A stretch of 64,000 bases of DNA, taken from Malacoraja senta. Taxonomy: Eukaryota. Within the stretch, counting starts at the first letter, position 1. Each line of letters starts with the position of its first letter. Made by a program: the position numbers and the translations under genes. Positions 24,001-35,687 of this stretch are shown here, one piece after another. Location: contig CM075990.1 in NCBI GenBank assembly GCA_038087875.1, positions 11,348,001 to 11,412,000 on the forward strand, written 5' to 3'. The notes under the pieces are model-generated. The model had not been told where the DNA came from. It did no database searches and was given only the letters and a program-made list of their open reading frames with translations.

Positions 24001-24188
24001 GGGGAAAATCCTTTAAGACCGAGATGAGGAAAAACTTTTTCACACAGAGAGTGGTGAATCTCTGGAACTCTCTGCCACAGAGGGTAGTTGAGGCCAGTTC
24101 ATTGGCTATATTTAAGAGGGAATTAGATGTGGCCCTTGTGGCTAAAGGGATCAGGGGGTATGGAGAGAAGGCAGGTACGGGATACTGA
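21078..24188 (+). CDS. CR1 ORF2p: apurinic-like endonuclease plus reverse transcriptase
   Basis: Uninterrupted 1036 codons. APE motifs LNARS, ITETWL, VYRPP, GDFN, SDH; RT motifs KSPGPD, YRPVSLT, QHGF, LDFQKAFDKV, GVPQGS, KFADD. First ATG is at 21252, so the true start is uncertain. Confidence 0.97.
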   Translation: MGGGTQIENAIRQCVRQEAEKESTQTQHVGGKEENNNKQRIRGGGVLKWVSRETEGCKMRAEAIGSKVKGKSGRQTNPGQKSKRATFQHNCIRGKSVVKSSLKALCLNARSIRNKVDELNVQIAINDYDIVGITETWLQGDQGWELNIQGYSIFRRDREKGKGGGVALLVREEINAVERKDISLEDVESVWVELRNTKGQKTLVGVVYRPPSSSSEVGDGIKQEIRNACNKGKTVIMGDFNLHIDWVNQIGRGAEEEDFLECMRDSYLNQHVEEPTREQAILDWVLSNEEGLVSRLVVRAPLGKSDHNMVEFFIRMESDIVNSETTVLNLKKGNFEGMRHELAKIDWQLVLKGLTVDMQWKAFKDCMDELQKLFIPVWQKNKSRKVVHPWITREIRDSIKAKDDAYKLARKSSIPEDWEKFRDQQRRTKGLIRKGKIDYERKLAGNIKTDCKSFYRYVKRKRLVKSNVGPLQSETGELIMGNKDMADQLNNYFGSVFTKEDINNLPEIAGGRGSKEMEELSEIQVSREVVLGKLNGLKADKSPGPDRLHPRVLKEVAPEIVDALVIIFQNSLDSGVVPEDWRVANVTPLFKKGGREKTGNYRPVSLTSVVGKLLESVIKDGIAAHLESGEIIGQSQHGFTKGKSCLTNLIEFFEDVTSRVDRGEPVDVLYLDFQKAFDKVPHKRLGYKLKSHGIGGSVLMWIENWLANRKQRVGVNGSFSQWQAVTSGVPQGSVLGPQLFTIYINDLDEGIESNISKFADDTKLGGSVSCEEDARRLQGDLDRLGEWANVWQMQYNVDKCEVIHFGSKNGKADYYLNGGRLGNGEMQRDLGVMVHQSLKVGMQVQQAVKKANGMLAFIARGFEYRSSEVLLQLYRVLVRPHLEYCVQFWSPNLRKDIIAIEGVQRRFTRLIPGMSGLSYEERLDRLGLYSLEFRRLRGDLIETYKILMGLDRLDAGRLFPMLGKSRTRGHSLRIRGKSFKTEMRKNFFTQRVVNLWNSLPQRVVEASSLAIFKRELDVALVAKGIRGYGEKAGTGY

Positions 24189-24280
24189 GTTGGATGATCA
24201 GCCATGATCGTATTGAATGGCGGTGCAGGCTCGAAGGGCCGAATGGCCTACTCCTGCACCTAATTTCTATGTATCTATGT

Positions 24281-24455
24281 ATTAACCTACAAACCTGTTT
24301 GTCTTTGGAGCATGGGAGGAATCCGAAAGATCTCGGAGAAAACCCTTGCGGTCACGGGGAGAACGTACAAACTCCGTACAGACAGCACCCGCAGTCGGGA
24401 TCGAACCCGAGTCTCTGGCGCTGTAAGGCAGCAACTCTACCGCTGCACTACCGTG
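24281..24455 (-). mobile_element. HE1-like SINE, right part (tRNA-like head)
   Basis: Reverse complement contains box B GGTTCGATCC and box A TAGTGCAGCGG. Confidence 0.88.
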
Positions 24456-24999
24456 TCTTCTGGGATTTGTAGTTTCTTGTGTTAAATTACCTCGATCTGT
24501 AATTTCACTTATTGAATTGTGTTTGGTGTAGGACATATTTAATGCAGTCCTGGCATTTATTATCCCTGACAACCTGCGTGCTGCAGATCATTACAAGGTA
24601 ATGAAAACAGCTCTTCATGCTACTAGAGAAGTGATAATGTTGTGTTGACCTTTATTGAAAGTTGCATATGACAATAATTAGACCTGAGAAAAAGGCCGGG
24701 AATATGTCAGCCTGTTTGTTGGCTCCAATTTGTTTAAAAAAAAAATCATTTTCATAATATAAACGGAAATTGTTTTTGGGTGTAAGATTGCCAGCACCGT
24801 GGCTGCTCACACTCAACTACACAAGAAGGTCAGTGAGATATGCCTTTTTGAAACACAACTGTCCTTAAAACATCAGAACATGGAGCAGGCACGGATTATT
24901 GATTGGGGACGATCAGCCATGATCACATTGAATGGCGGTGCTGGCTCGAAGGGCCGAATGGCCTCCTCCTGCACCTATTTTCTATGTTTCTATATTCTA

Positions 25000-25460
25000 T
25001 GTAGTGCGGCACAGGTACAGGCCCTTCGACCCACAATGTCTGTTGCAAGCATGATGCCCGGTTGAACTAATCTCCTTTGCTTGCATTTGATCCATATCCC
25101 TCCATTCCCTACAAATTCATGAACCTATCTAAAAGCGGATTAAATGCCACTGTCGTATCTGCCTCCACCAATATTCCTGCCATCGTATTTTAAGCAATTT
25201 GAGCAATTTTAAGCACTCTGCATAAAAAAAAGAAAAAAAACTGCCACATGATCTCCTTTGAACTTTGCCCCTCTCAACTTAAAGTTATGCCCTCTAGCCC
25301 TTGACATTTCCACCCTGGGAAAAAAGTTTCTGACAATCTACCTTATCTATACCTCTCATTATTTTATATTCTTCTATCAGGTCTCCCCTCAACTTCTGTT
25401 CCAGAGAAACAATCCAAGTTTGTCCAACCCCTCCTTGTAGGTAATACCTTCTAATCCTTA
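25000..25460 (-). mobile_element. Degraded CR1 3' fragment
   Basis: SLEQKLRGDLIEEYKIMRGIDKVD in minus-strand ORF 25294-25533. Confidence 0.75.
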
Positions 25461-27294
25461 TGGTGTAGTATTGTTGAGTGGTGTGATCTAAGGTTTCAGT
25501 GTAGTGATGACAAAGGAACTGCAACACATCCACAGGTCAGAATTTGTAGTGAAGCTTTCAGATGGTCTTTCCTTCTGCTTGCTGTCTATGTTCTTCTGGG
25601 TGTTGGAACTCACTAGTTTGTGAGCGTAGTGTGTTTACATGCAATATTCAAATAATTCGCTTGAGTGCAGAAAGCAATCACAAACTAATGTGCATGTGAT
25701 TTAAGCACTACCTCATGGAGACACAAGAGACAGCAGATGTTGGAACCTTGTACAAGTAACAAAGTGCTGGAGGAACTCAACAGGTCAGCCAGCATCAGTG
25801 GAGGGAATGAGCAGACAAAATTCCAGGTCTTAATCCTTCTTCAGACAACTGTCTGGTGGGGCATTCACAAGGTATTGCACATGCAAGTTTAGTAAATGCT
25901 GGAGTTACTCAGCAGGTTGGGCACCATTTCTGGAGAACATGGACCCTACCGAAGAAGGGTTCTGACCCAAAATATCACTTATCCATGTTCTCCAGAGATG
26001 CTACCTGACCCGCTGAGTTACTACAGCAGTTAGTGTCTATTATTACCTGTTGGGGAGCTTTGATGTGAGACTGGAATAATTCAGACTGATGAAGGGGCTT
26101 TGATCTGAAACGTTACCTTGGTTTCTCTTTCCATGGACGCTGCCTGAACTGCTGAGTGTTCCTGTCATTTTCAGTTTTTGATGAAATATAAGCTGCACAG
26201 CCTTGTTTTGAAGATAAGTGCTATACTGGTATAGAAATCATAATTTACCGAGAATCCCAGCCTTGTTCACAGCTCGATCTCAGTTACATAACAAAATGGT
26301 GCTGCTGAAGACTGTTGACATGTGAAACCCATGTAATAAATAGAAAAAATGAACAGACTGTACATGGCTATGTGTATTAATCTCACCGCACTGTGAAAGC
26401 TAGATAAAAGATATATTTAGGGATTGTGAATGCCGCTGACTGTACATTGCACATACATTTGCTGTCGCCGGTTTGTTTACTTCTGCTTATTTCTGTCTGA
26501 GTTAGAATGTTACACATTTTTCATTCTAAGGAGCCACGCGCTGCCGGAGGAGGTAGTTGAGGCAGGTACTATCACAATGTTTTAGAATCATTTGGTTAGG
26601 GCCATGGATAGGACAGGTTTAAAGGGACATGGGCCAAATGCAGGCTGGTGGGACTAGTGTAGATGGGACACGTTGGCTGATGTGGGCAAGTTGAGCCCAA
26701 GGGCCTATTTCCACACTGTACGATTCTACGACTAAATCCAAACATTGAATCAGGAAAGCACAAGAGAACATAGTATGCAAATTTCTTTGTGGACACCAGA
26801 GAAAATGACAATGATCGAAGACGATTATATGAAGTGTGTGAAAGTGGTTATCCCACAGTACAGGGCAGAGTAGGACAATTTATCTTTAATGTTATTAAAA
26901 GCATGGCAACAATTAATGTAACCCATGACTCACTTGAAGGAATCTGTGCTGAATCATCAGATTCTATTTTTTTTTTAACGGGATTGTTGGAAATTTGAAG
27001 TAAAATCAGAAAATGTTAGAAACACTCAGCATGTTAAGCAGCATCTGTGGAAAGAGAAACGGATATGACAAAGTGTCTCGAGCTTGAAATGCCAACTGTT
27101 TCTCTTTCCATGGATGCTATCTGACCTGCTGGGTGTTCGTAGCAAATTTTGATTTCCACCCAATTTGACTAAAATGGTGAAAACCTGTGACTATATAAAC
27201 ATATCTGCCTTTCATAGATATCCTTGATAAATATTATGTTTAACCAATTTATTGGTGTTGATTGAAAAATGAAAAAGGAATATGTGCCTTGATG

Positions 27295-27527
27295 TTACAT
27301 AGTGGCTCGTACGAGTAACGGTAGGTACTCGGGAAATCCGGTAAACTCGTGACGTTTTTTCAACACTGTGAAAAATGTCCACGAGTAAAATAATACTCGT
27401 GATGAAAAAAATGGTTACTTTTTACTCGTACGAGCCCCTACGTACCCGCTACGCACATTACACGAGCTCGAATCAGGGTAGAACTCGGGAGAACTCTTGA
27501 ATTACCTCGTACAGTGGGACAGGCCCT
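27295..27527. mobile_element. PIF/Harbinger-like MITE, right end
   Basis: Ends AGTGGGACAGGCCCT|TAA; internal CTCGTACGAG palindromes. Confidence 0.7.
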
Positions 27528-27614
27528 TAACACTAATGCAGACAGGAGCTTGGCTGGCTAAAAGCAAACACAGAGCAGACACAAATGGGTGTCAATAGGC
27601 ACATGGTTGGCCAG

Positions 27615-28040
27615 GTGTTCAATGGTGCAATGCTTTTTTATTGTCACGTATGTACAGCACAGTGAAATTCTTTTGCACCACCCACAAATGCACAGTTGCC
27701 TTATCTTGGCACCATTTACAACGAAAATGAAAAGTCCAGAGTCCAAAGTCCAGTCCACATGCTGGAAGTACTGGAGCGTCCCCGATCCAGGTGAGCCCAG
27801 GTAAACCCCAGTCAGCTGCAGGCCAGCGATCCAACGTCCCTCTCCTCGCCCGACCATCTCTGTGTCCCAGGGGGCACCTCCTGCAGCCTTGAAGGTGTGG
27901 AGGCAATATCCTGGTCCTCTCTTACGCCCATTGTCGCTTGCGGCTGCCTCCTAAACTCTCCAGTCTTTGGGGATTTTGAGCTCCCTCCTTCAGGCAGCGG
28001 CCTTTTGGACCCCCAGACCTGCTGCCACACAAGTGATATG
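27615..28040 (-). mobile_element. Unclassified GC-rich retroposon with Rex-like 3' tail
   Basis: Minus strand ends AATTTCACTGTGCTGTACATACGTGACAATAAA plus short repeat tail. Confidence 0.45.
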
Positions 28041-28645
28041 ATACAGTGCTTGATGCTGGGGCCTCAGTTGTTTTACAACTTTGATAAAAGACTTGCACGA
28101 AAACACTGAAGCCGTGGTTGACACTTCAGAGGTTTACTAGATGAATATCTGGAAGCGCAGCTTGCCAAGGGTTGTATCTGCTGGAGTATAGAAGATTGAG
28201 AGGCAACTCGTGAGGTATACCAGACCATGAGGAACCTTGGTTGAGTGGCGGTGGTGTTGAGATGACATTTGGGAGAGATTCTGGAACTAGGGATCACTAT
28301 TTAAAAATAAAGTGTCCGTCAAGAATAATATATATATTTTTTAAATCTCAGAGGGTTATGAGTCTCTGGCACTCGCTGGCTCAAAGGGCAGTGGAGCCAG
28401 TGGTCTTCTATATTTTTAAGGGAGAAGAAGATAAATGTATGATAACCAAAGGGGATGAAAGTTTATCACTGGCAGGAGTAATACAGATCGTAAGGTCATA
28501 AGGAATAGGAGTAGAATTAGGCCATTCAGCCCATCAAGTCTACTCTGCCATTCAATCATGGCTGAGCTATCTCTCCCTCCTAACCCCATTCTCCTGCCTT
28601 CTGCCCGTAACCTCTGACACCTGTACTAATCAAGAATCTATCTAT

Positions 28646-29650
28646 AGGTACACAAAAATGCTGGAGAAACTCAGCGGGTGCAGCAGCATCTATGGAGCGA
28701 AGGAAATAGGTAACGTTTCGGGCCGAAACCCTTCTTCAGACTGATAGGGGGTGGGGAGAAGAAAGGAAAAAAGGAAAAAGGCGGAGGAGGAGCCCGAGGG
28801 CTGGGGGAGGGGAGGAGACAACCAGATGGCTGATGAAGGGGAGGGGACAGCAAGGGCTAGCAGAATTGGGAGAATTCAATGTTCAGGCCACCAGGATGTA
28901 GACTGCCCAAGCGGAATATGAGGTGCATTTCCTCCAATTTACGGTGTTGCTCGCTGTGGCCATGGAGGAGACCCAGGACAGAGAGGTCAGATACGGAATG
29001 GGAGGGGGAGTTGAAGTGCTGAGCCACCGGGAGTTCAGGTTGGTTATTGCGGACCGACCGGAGGTGTTCGGCGAAACGATCGCCAAGCCTCCGCTTGGTC
29101 TCACCGATGTGGATCAGCTGGCATCTAGAGCAGCGAATGCAATAGATGAGGTTGGAGGAGATGCAGGTGAACCTCTGTCGCACCTGGAACGACTGCTTGA
29201 GTCCTTGAATGGAGTGGAGGGGGGAGGTGAAGGGACAAGTGTTGCATCTCTTGCGGTTGCAAGGGAAAGTACCAGGGGAGGAGGTGGTATGGGAGGGAAG
29301 GGAAGAATTGACAAGGGAGTTACGGAGGGAGCGGTCTTTGCGGAAGGCAGACATGGGAGGAGATGGGAAGATGTGGCGAGTGGTGGGGTCACGTTGGAGG
29401 TGGCGAAACTGACGGAGGATCACTTGTTGTATGTGACAGCTGGTGGGGTGAAAGGTGAGGACTAGGGGGACTCTGCCTTTGTTGTGAGTGGGGGGATGGG
29501 GAGAGAGAGCAGTGTTGCGGGGTATGGCAGAGACCCTGGTGCGAGCCTCATCTATGGTGGAGGAGGCCTTAGGTAAGGAGGACAGTGTCGTTTTCTCCAG
29601 AGGTGCTGCCTGATCCGCTGAGTTACTCCAGCAGGTTTGTGTCTGTCTTA
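28646..29650 (-). mobile_element. 5'-truncated Penelope-like retroelement
   Basis: GIY-YIG ORF, pyrimidine-rich 3' region and pseudo-LTR with hammerhead-like core; a related oppositely oriented pseudo-LTR piece lies at ~29590-29650. Confidence 0.9.
28857..29423 (-). pseudogene. Penelope-like ORF C-terminus: Cys-rich linker plus GIY-YIG endonuclease (RT missing)
   Basis: PCNRKRCNTC; NLIYCIRCSRCQLIHIGETKRRLGDRFAEH; VAQHFN; GLN motif. Confidence 0.92.
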
Positions 29651-30751
29651 GGAGGAATGAAGAGTTGAGCTCGCAGTCTGATCAACCATGATCTCATTAA
29701 ATGATGCAGTGAGTTTGAGAGGCTTAATGGCCTTCTCTTGCTCCCATTTCTTCAGTACTCTCTGCTGACTTGAGCACATTAAATGTAAAATTGGAGTTGT
29801 TAGAAGTATTCAAAAACTATTAAAGGGTTCAGTAGGACAGACAAAAATAGCCACAAAGGTGGCCAGTGACTTCAATGAGGATTTCAGTCGAAGTCTGTAA
29901 CCTAGAGTGTGGTGGGAATGCGAAACTCATTTTCACTATGACTAATGACGTAAATTGATTAGACCCGTTGAAGATAAGAGAGAAAAGAACATTTGGATGA
30001 TGATAGAGGAGAAGAAGCAAGATAAAAAGGAGCCTCATGTGGATCATAAATGTCAACTTGAACCAATTAGGTGAACACCCTGTTCCAGCACTAAATTTCT
30101 GTATACATATGGGTGGTTTAGAGTTATTTTATGGTGGTAGAAGGCAGATTTATCCACCATTAATTGAAGCAGATTTCAATTCAAAGCATTAGAAATGTTC
30201 CAAAGTGTGCGGGTGGTATTAGTTGTCTGTTGGGTCCATAGAAGGTTTTAAAGTGTTTTCACCAGTACAGAAATACACGATTTTTCTCCCTCAAGAACCC
30301 CCCCACCCCACCATATTATCCCCCCCCCCTTGAAGCCTCACTGACCTCTCACTGGTTTCTCCCCTCCCATCTCCCCATCCACTTGACCCTGACAATGAAT
30401 ACACAATGCACATCTTTTCTAACCCCGCACTTGGTAATTCACAACTCTTCATCCTCAGTCTCATAACTTCCTTTCTGGCCTTTGTCCAACAATCTGCCTA
30501 TCATATAACCCCCTTGCCTATGTTGACCTATTACTGGCCATTCTCTGTCCTGCCCTTCCTCTCGCCCAGCTTTGGTCCCTGCCCCTTTACAATCAGTCTG
30601 AAGAAGGGTTCCAACCTGAAACGTCACCCATCCACGTTCTCCAGGGATACTGCCTGACCCGTTGTGCTTCTCCAGCATTTGGTATCTATTTTCAACATAT
30701 GCAGCACTTTGTGTTTATAGCCTTCTAACAGATGCACATTTGTATATACAG

Positions 30752-30753
30752 TG

Positions 30754-30824
<71 letters not shown>

Positions 30825-30990
30825 ACGCACACACACGCACACACACACACACGCACGCACACACACACGTATATAAACATATATATATATATACTTTATA
30901 TATATATTTAAATATATATATATATAGGTGTGTGCGTATATATTCACATATATGTACAATGTATGTATATGTGGGTATGTGTATATTTAC
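30752..30990. repeat. Compound (CA)n/(TA)n microsatellite
   Basis: Directly visible; explains the THTHTH and VCVCVC ORFs. Confidence 0.95.
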
Positions 30991-32010
30991 ACTGAACTTT
31001 TTTTTCTCATTTATGATATTGTTCATAGTGTACTATATTTACATATTCTATTGTGCTGCCGCAAGTAAGAATTTCATTGTTCTATCTGGGACAATAAAAC
31101 ACTCTTGACTCTCTCTATCTTGATTAAGAGTTGAACATATCATTGTTCCTGTAAATGTCATGCACTGTATTGACAGTATCTATCATATGTCAACTGTATT
31201 GCATTGCCATTAATTGAACACTCTTTGGGTACACCAATGCTGCGATGTTATGAAGCTATTTTACTGCTTTCAATTAGCATTAATATTGGATTTTGATTTG
31301 GCATCGGAGCTCTTGTGCATCAACTCAGATTTTTGATGTAATGTACAATTAATGTGCAGACAAAGTGATGGAATGATGAATAAGCTCTCAACCCTCTTTG
31401 GACGACGCTGTTAAATCAAGGCCTTGAGCTGATGTCAAGTACCACAGTCTCTTCAAAATAAAACCAGGTAACGACTTTTAACTAGAAGTAAACAATAAGG
31501 GCTGCACTTGACTGGTAAACCGGAATGGTTGCTCTGTTGCCATGTAACAACCCCTTCCTGGCAACGCAGGGCTCAATGAGTCAAATAAGGGCAGTGCACC
31601 AATAAATGACTCTTTCTCCGCTCTGCCGCTTGTATTAACTTCACCTCAGGTGGTCCCTGACTAATTACCGAAATACGTCAATATTTGACATTTCGGACGT
31701 GCTAGCGCTTTATGTGATTTGATGAAAAGGCAGAGTCGGCAAAAGACTTCTAATAGCATCGAGTGGGCACCCGTCACACCCCCTGTGAAGTCCGGTCTGT
31801 AGTCAATAGTTGAGGAGGTCAGGGAAAATATCGAGTAAGCCAGTGAGACAATAGAAACCCGATTGGCAATGCGGCCGAGAACGTCGACTGGGGAATGAAG
31901 ACATGGTGAAATATATCTGTAATATATAAACCAGCCTGCTCCTGTCAACAGGTCTGTTTGCAACATTTCATCTTGACAACCTTAAACATTCCTGTCATCG
32001 ACTTGAGGTG

Positions 32011-32239
32011 AAGATAGACACAAAATGCTGGAGTAACTCAGCGGGACAGGCAGCATCTCTGGAAGGAAGGGATGGGTGACGTTTCGGGTCGAGACCTCTC
32101 AGTCTGAAGAAGGGCCTCGACCCGAAACGTCACCTATTCCTTCTATCTAGAGATGCTGCCTGTCCCGCTGAGTTACTCCAGCATTTTGTGTCTATTTTCG
32201 GTGTAAACCAGCATCTACAGTTCCTTCCTACACACTTCC
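32011..32239. mobile_element. Penelope pseudo-LTR inverted dimer
   Basis: ~85-bp inverted arms; 10-bp TSD ACTTGAGGTG (32001-32010, 32240-32249). Confidence 0.85.
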
Positions 32240-32856
32240 ACTTGAGGTGCTTCTGCTCCCTCTTTTACTCAATAGAAAGATTTTCATCGCTACAAGGCCA
32301 GTCATATCCATTCTCATTTCACAGCCAGTGAAATACTCCTTGAAGAGTTGTCACCGGTAAGATAGAGACAGACAATTTTGGACTCCTATGAACATCAATG
32401 TGATCATTCATTTTTACGATGCTGAGTATTCTTTTTAAAGCATTTACGACATGTGTGATATTCCCACTGAGACAGGACATCAGTATATTCATTGGATCTG
32501 CTATTTCCCCAGATGGTAATGTTACCCAATTTGGCATTCCAACACAACCTCCCATTCAAGTACTAGCCAGTAATGTAAAAGCAAAGAAAACGCTGCAGAT
32601 GCTGAAAATCTGAAATGAAATCAGAATATGTGAACATGCTGCCTAATCTTCTGAATTTCTCCTGCATTTTCTGCTTTTATTACAAATGTTAACTTGCCCT
32701 GAGTCTGCGTAACAACCCGTATAATTCCAGCGATCAATGAATTCCTCCATCATTGTGTGAAGCCAAGCAGAGTATAAATATTCGATGAAATTTTGAAAAT
32801 GAGCCTGCTGATGCTGGCAAACAGTTATTGCTCAAAACACCCAGCAGGTCAGGGAG

Positions 32857-32969
32857 GTACACAAAAATGCTGGAGAAACTCAGCGGGTGCAGCAGCATCT
32901 ATGGAGCGAAGGAAATAGGCAACGTTTCGGGCCGAAACCCTTCTTCAGACTGGTTCAGGTCAGACTGCT
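32857..32969 (-). mobile_element. Short young Penelope pseudo-LTR insertion
   Basis: 16-bp TSD CCAGCAGGTCAGGGAG (32841-32856, 32970-32985). Confidence 0.82.
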
Positions 32970-33631
32970 CCAGCAGGTCAGGGAGCATCTGTGTGTAGAA
33001 GGAGAGAGTTAAACATTGCTGGCTTTACCTTGCATAAAACGTTATTATCTACACATTGTAAATGGCTCAATTGTAATCATGTATTGTCTTTCCACTGACT
33101 GGTTAGCACGCAACAAAAAGCTTTTCCAATGATTAGAGGCAGTTTGTAACATGCAGGAGATTTTTCCTGGTGTGTGTGTGTGTGTGTGTGCGTGGAATTA
33201 TATTCTGTGACAATAAACTGGACTGAACTGAAGTATTGCAGGTCTTTGCTAGAACAGCCATAGAATCATACAGCTCGGAAACAGGCCCTTCGGCCCAACT
33301 CATTCATGCTGACCAAGGTGCACCTCTATGCTGGCCTCATTTACCTGCAGTTATTGGAGGGGAAGCACTCTTACCTTTAAATCCCGTTGTGTGGGAAGCA
33401 TCTATGTGGGAGGCAGTGCCACAGGGTGCGTGATAGTATCTCATTTAAATGTTTGGACATCTGATCAAGTAATATTCCCTCAGGGCTGAAGTGTCAGCTT
33501 TGACTTTTGTTACCCCTGGACAACGGAATATTGGGAAGGCAACATCTCCAGAGGTCATCCTGCAGGTGACTAGACAGAGATTATCTATCTCTAGCATTCG
33601 ATTTAATGAGGAATGGGGTTTTGATATTTTG

Positions 33632-33910
33632 TTTAGTTAATTTAGAGACACAGCATGGAAACCATCGGCCCACCGAGTCCGCACCGACCAGCAATCCCCG
33701 CACATTAACGCCATCCTAAGCACACTAGGACAATTTTATATTTATACCAAGCCAATTGATCTACAAACCAGCACTTCATTGGAGTGTGGGAGGAAATCGA
33801 AGATCGTAGAGAAAACCCACGCATGTCACGGGGAGAATGTACAAACTTCGTCAGGATTGAACCCGGGTGTCTGGCCCTGTAAGGCAGTAGCTCTACCACT
33901 ATCCCACTGT
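33632..33910 (-). mobile_element. HE1-like SINE
   Basis: Reverse complement of the 2797-3115 family. Confidence 0.85.
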
Positions 33911-35079
33911 ATCGCGATGTATCTTGGCCATTTATATCACTCCCAGCAGCATGTTTGCAATAACAGGAACTGTTGTAGCAGTTCTTCATAGCCTCTGAAC
34001 TCGGCAAAGGAACTACTGATGTGTTCACTAGGAAGAGGGTTTCTTTACATAGATCAGGGTAGGTGGAAGTGTGGGGGTGCACCTTGTGATTGTTTAAGGG
34101 GAAATGGAGAGGGGAAAATGAAGTTAAAAGGAGTAGAGGATGAATGAGGGGGGACCTCATTGAAACATAAAGAATGGTGAAAGGCTTGGATAGAGTGGAT
34201 GTGGAGAGGGTGTTTCCACTACTGGCCTAATTCTACTCCTCTCACTTATGACCTTATGAACTCTCCTGCACTTTCTTGACCCTCAGAGCACACCAGGATA
34301 TTTCACTTGGGAATCTTACAACCCAGCGATATGAATAATTATTTCTTTAATTTCAAGTAACCCTTGCATTCTCTCTCTCTCCATCCCTCCCCCACCCTAG
34401 TTATCCTGCTAGTTTTACTGTTTGTTATCATCCCCTCCACAGCCAACAGTGGACCATTGTGGGCTCATTGGCTATCGGTGGTGTGTTGATGGGAATGTAG
34501 GGAAAATAATGAAATTAGTGTAGGATTTGTGTAAATTGGTGTTGAATGCCATCAAGGACTTGATGTGCCAAAAAGCCAATGTCCATGCCTTGTAACTCTC
34601 TCTCAGTACATTTCTCTGATCTCTAAGGGAATGTTTCATTGCTGGAGGTGCTAACCTATAGATGTTCGAATGATTGTAATTCCATTACTATTTCAAACAT
34701 TTCTGTCTCTTTCAGACTTCCAAAGTGCAAAACCCTTCTCTTTCCTCTCACCTCAAGCTTTGGTTTCAATGCATGATTTGCTGAGGGAGAAATATCTTAT
34801 ATGGTAAACTGATTGGATTGTAAAAGATTTCCATTTCCACGTCACCTTTCCCAACTTTTTCCGAGCTCTTCCAAATTGCTTTGCTACATTAGAAACGTGG
34901 TCATATTGTAATATCAGAAAGTTGCCAGCCAATTTGCAGCAATGTGATCAGTTCTCAGTTCTCACCTACTCTTTATTAAAATAATGCTATGGGATCTTTA
35001 TCGCCACCCAAGAGAGTGGGACCTCTGCTATCAGAGCCATTGACAGTTCAGGGCTCCCTCAATATTATGTTGGAATGTC

Positions 35080-35687
35080 ATAGATACACAGAAGCACAGA
35101 AAATAGGTACAGGAGGAGGCCATTTGGCTCTTCGAGCCTGTACCGCCATTCATTGTGTTCATGGCTGATCATCCACAATCAGTAACCCGGGCCTGCCTTC
35201 TCCCCTTATCCCTTGATTCCGATAGCCCCTAAAGCTCTATCTAACTCTCTTTTAAATTCATCCAGTGAATTGGCCTCTACTGCCACCGTGGCAGAGAATT
35301 CCACAAACTCACAACTCTCTAGGTGAAAAGGTTTTTTCTCATCTCAGTTTTAAATGGCCTCCCCTTAATTCTTAGACTGTGGCCCCGGGTTCTGGACTCC
35401 CCCAACATTGGGAACATTTTTCCTGCATCTAGCTTGACCAGTCCTTTTATAATTTTATACGTTTCTATAAGATATCCTCTCATCCTTCTAAATTCCAGTG
35501 AGTACAACCCCAGTCTTTCCAATCTTTCCTCATATGACATTCCCGCCATTCCGGGGATTAACCTCGTGAACCTACGCTGCACTGCCTCAATAGCAAGGAT
35601 GTCCTTCCTCAAATTAGGAGACCAAAACTGCACACAATACTCCAGATGTGGTCTCACCAGGGCCCTGTACAACTGCAGAAGGACCTT
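35080..35687 (-). mobile_element. CR1/HER1 LINE 3' fragment
   Basis: [40 protein letters not shown]. Confidence 0.92.

Larger units (their letters stand above)
19595..24280 (+). mobile_element. Full-length CR1-clade LINE (HER1-like), near intact
   Basis: 5' UTR with tandem repeats, ORF1, ORF2, short 3' UTR, CTATGTAT-type tail; TSD ATTA at 19591-19594 and 24281-24284 inside a SINE. Confidence 0.95.

Noticed and set aside
28923..29465. 180-aa plus-strand ORF
   Set aside because: Antisense shadow of the Penelope GIY-YIG frame.
30624..31108. His/Thr and Val/Cys repeat ORFs
   Set aside because: Microsatellite translation.
32325..32356. 32-nt plus-strand micro-exon (TTTCACAG|...CCG|GTAAGA)
   Set aside because: Good splice signals, but no recognisable peptide or partner exon; expected by chance in 64 kb.
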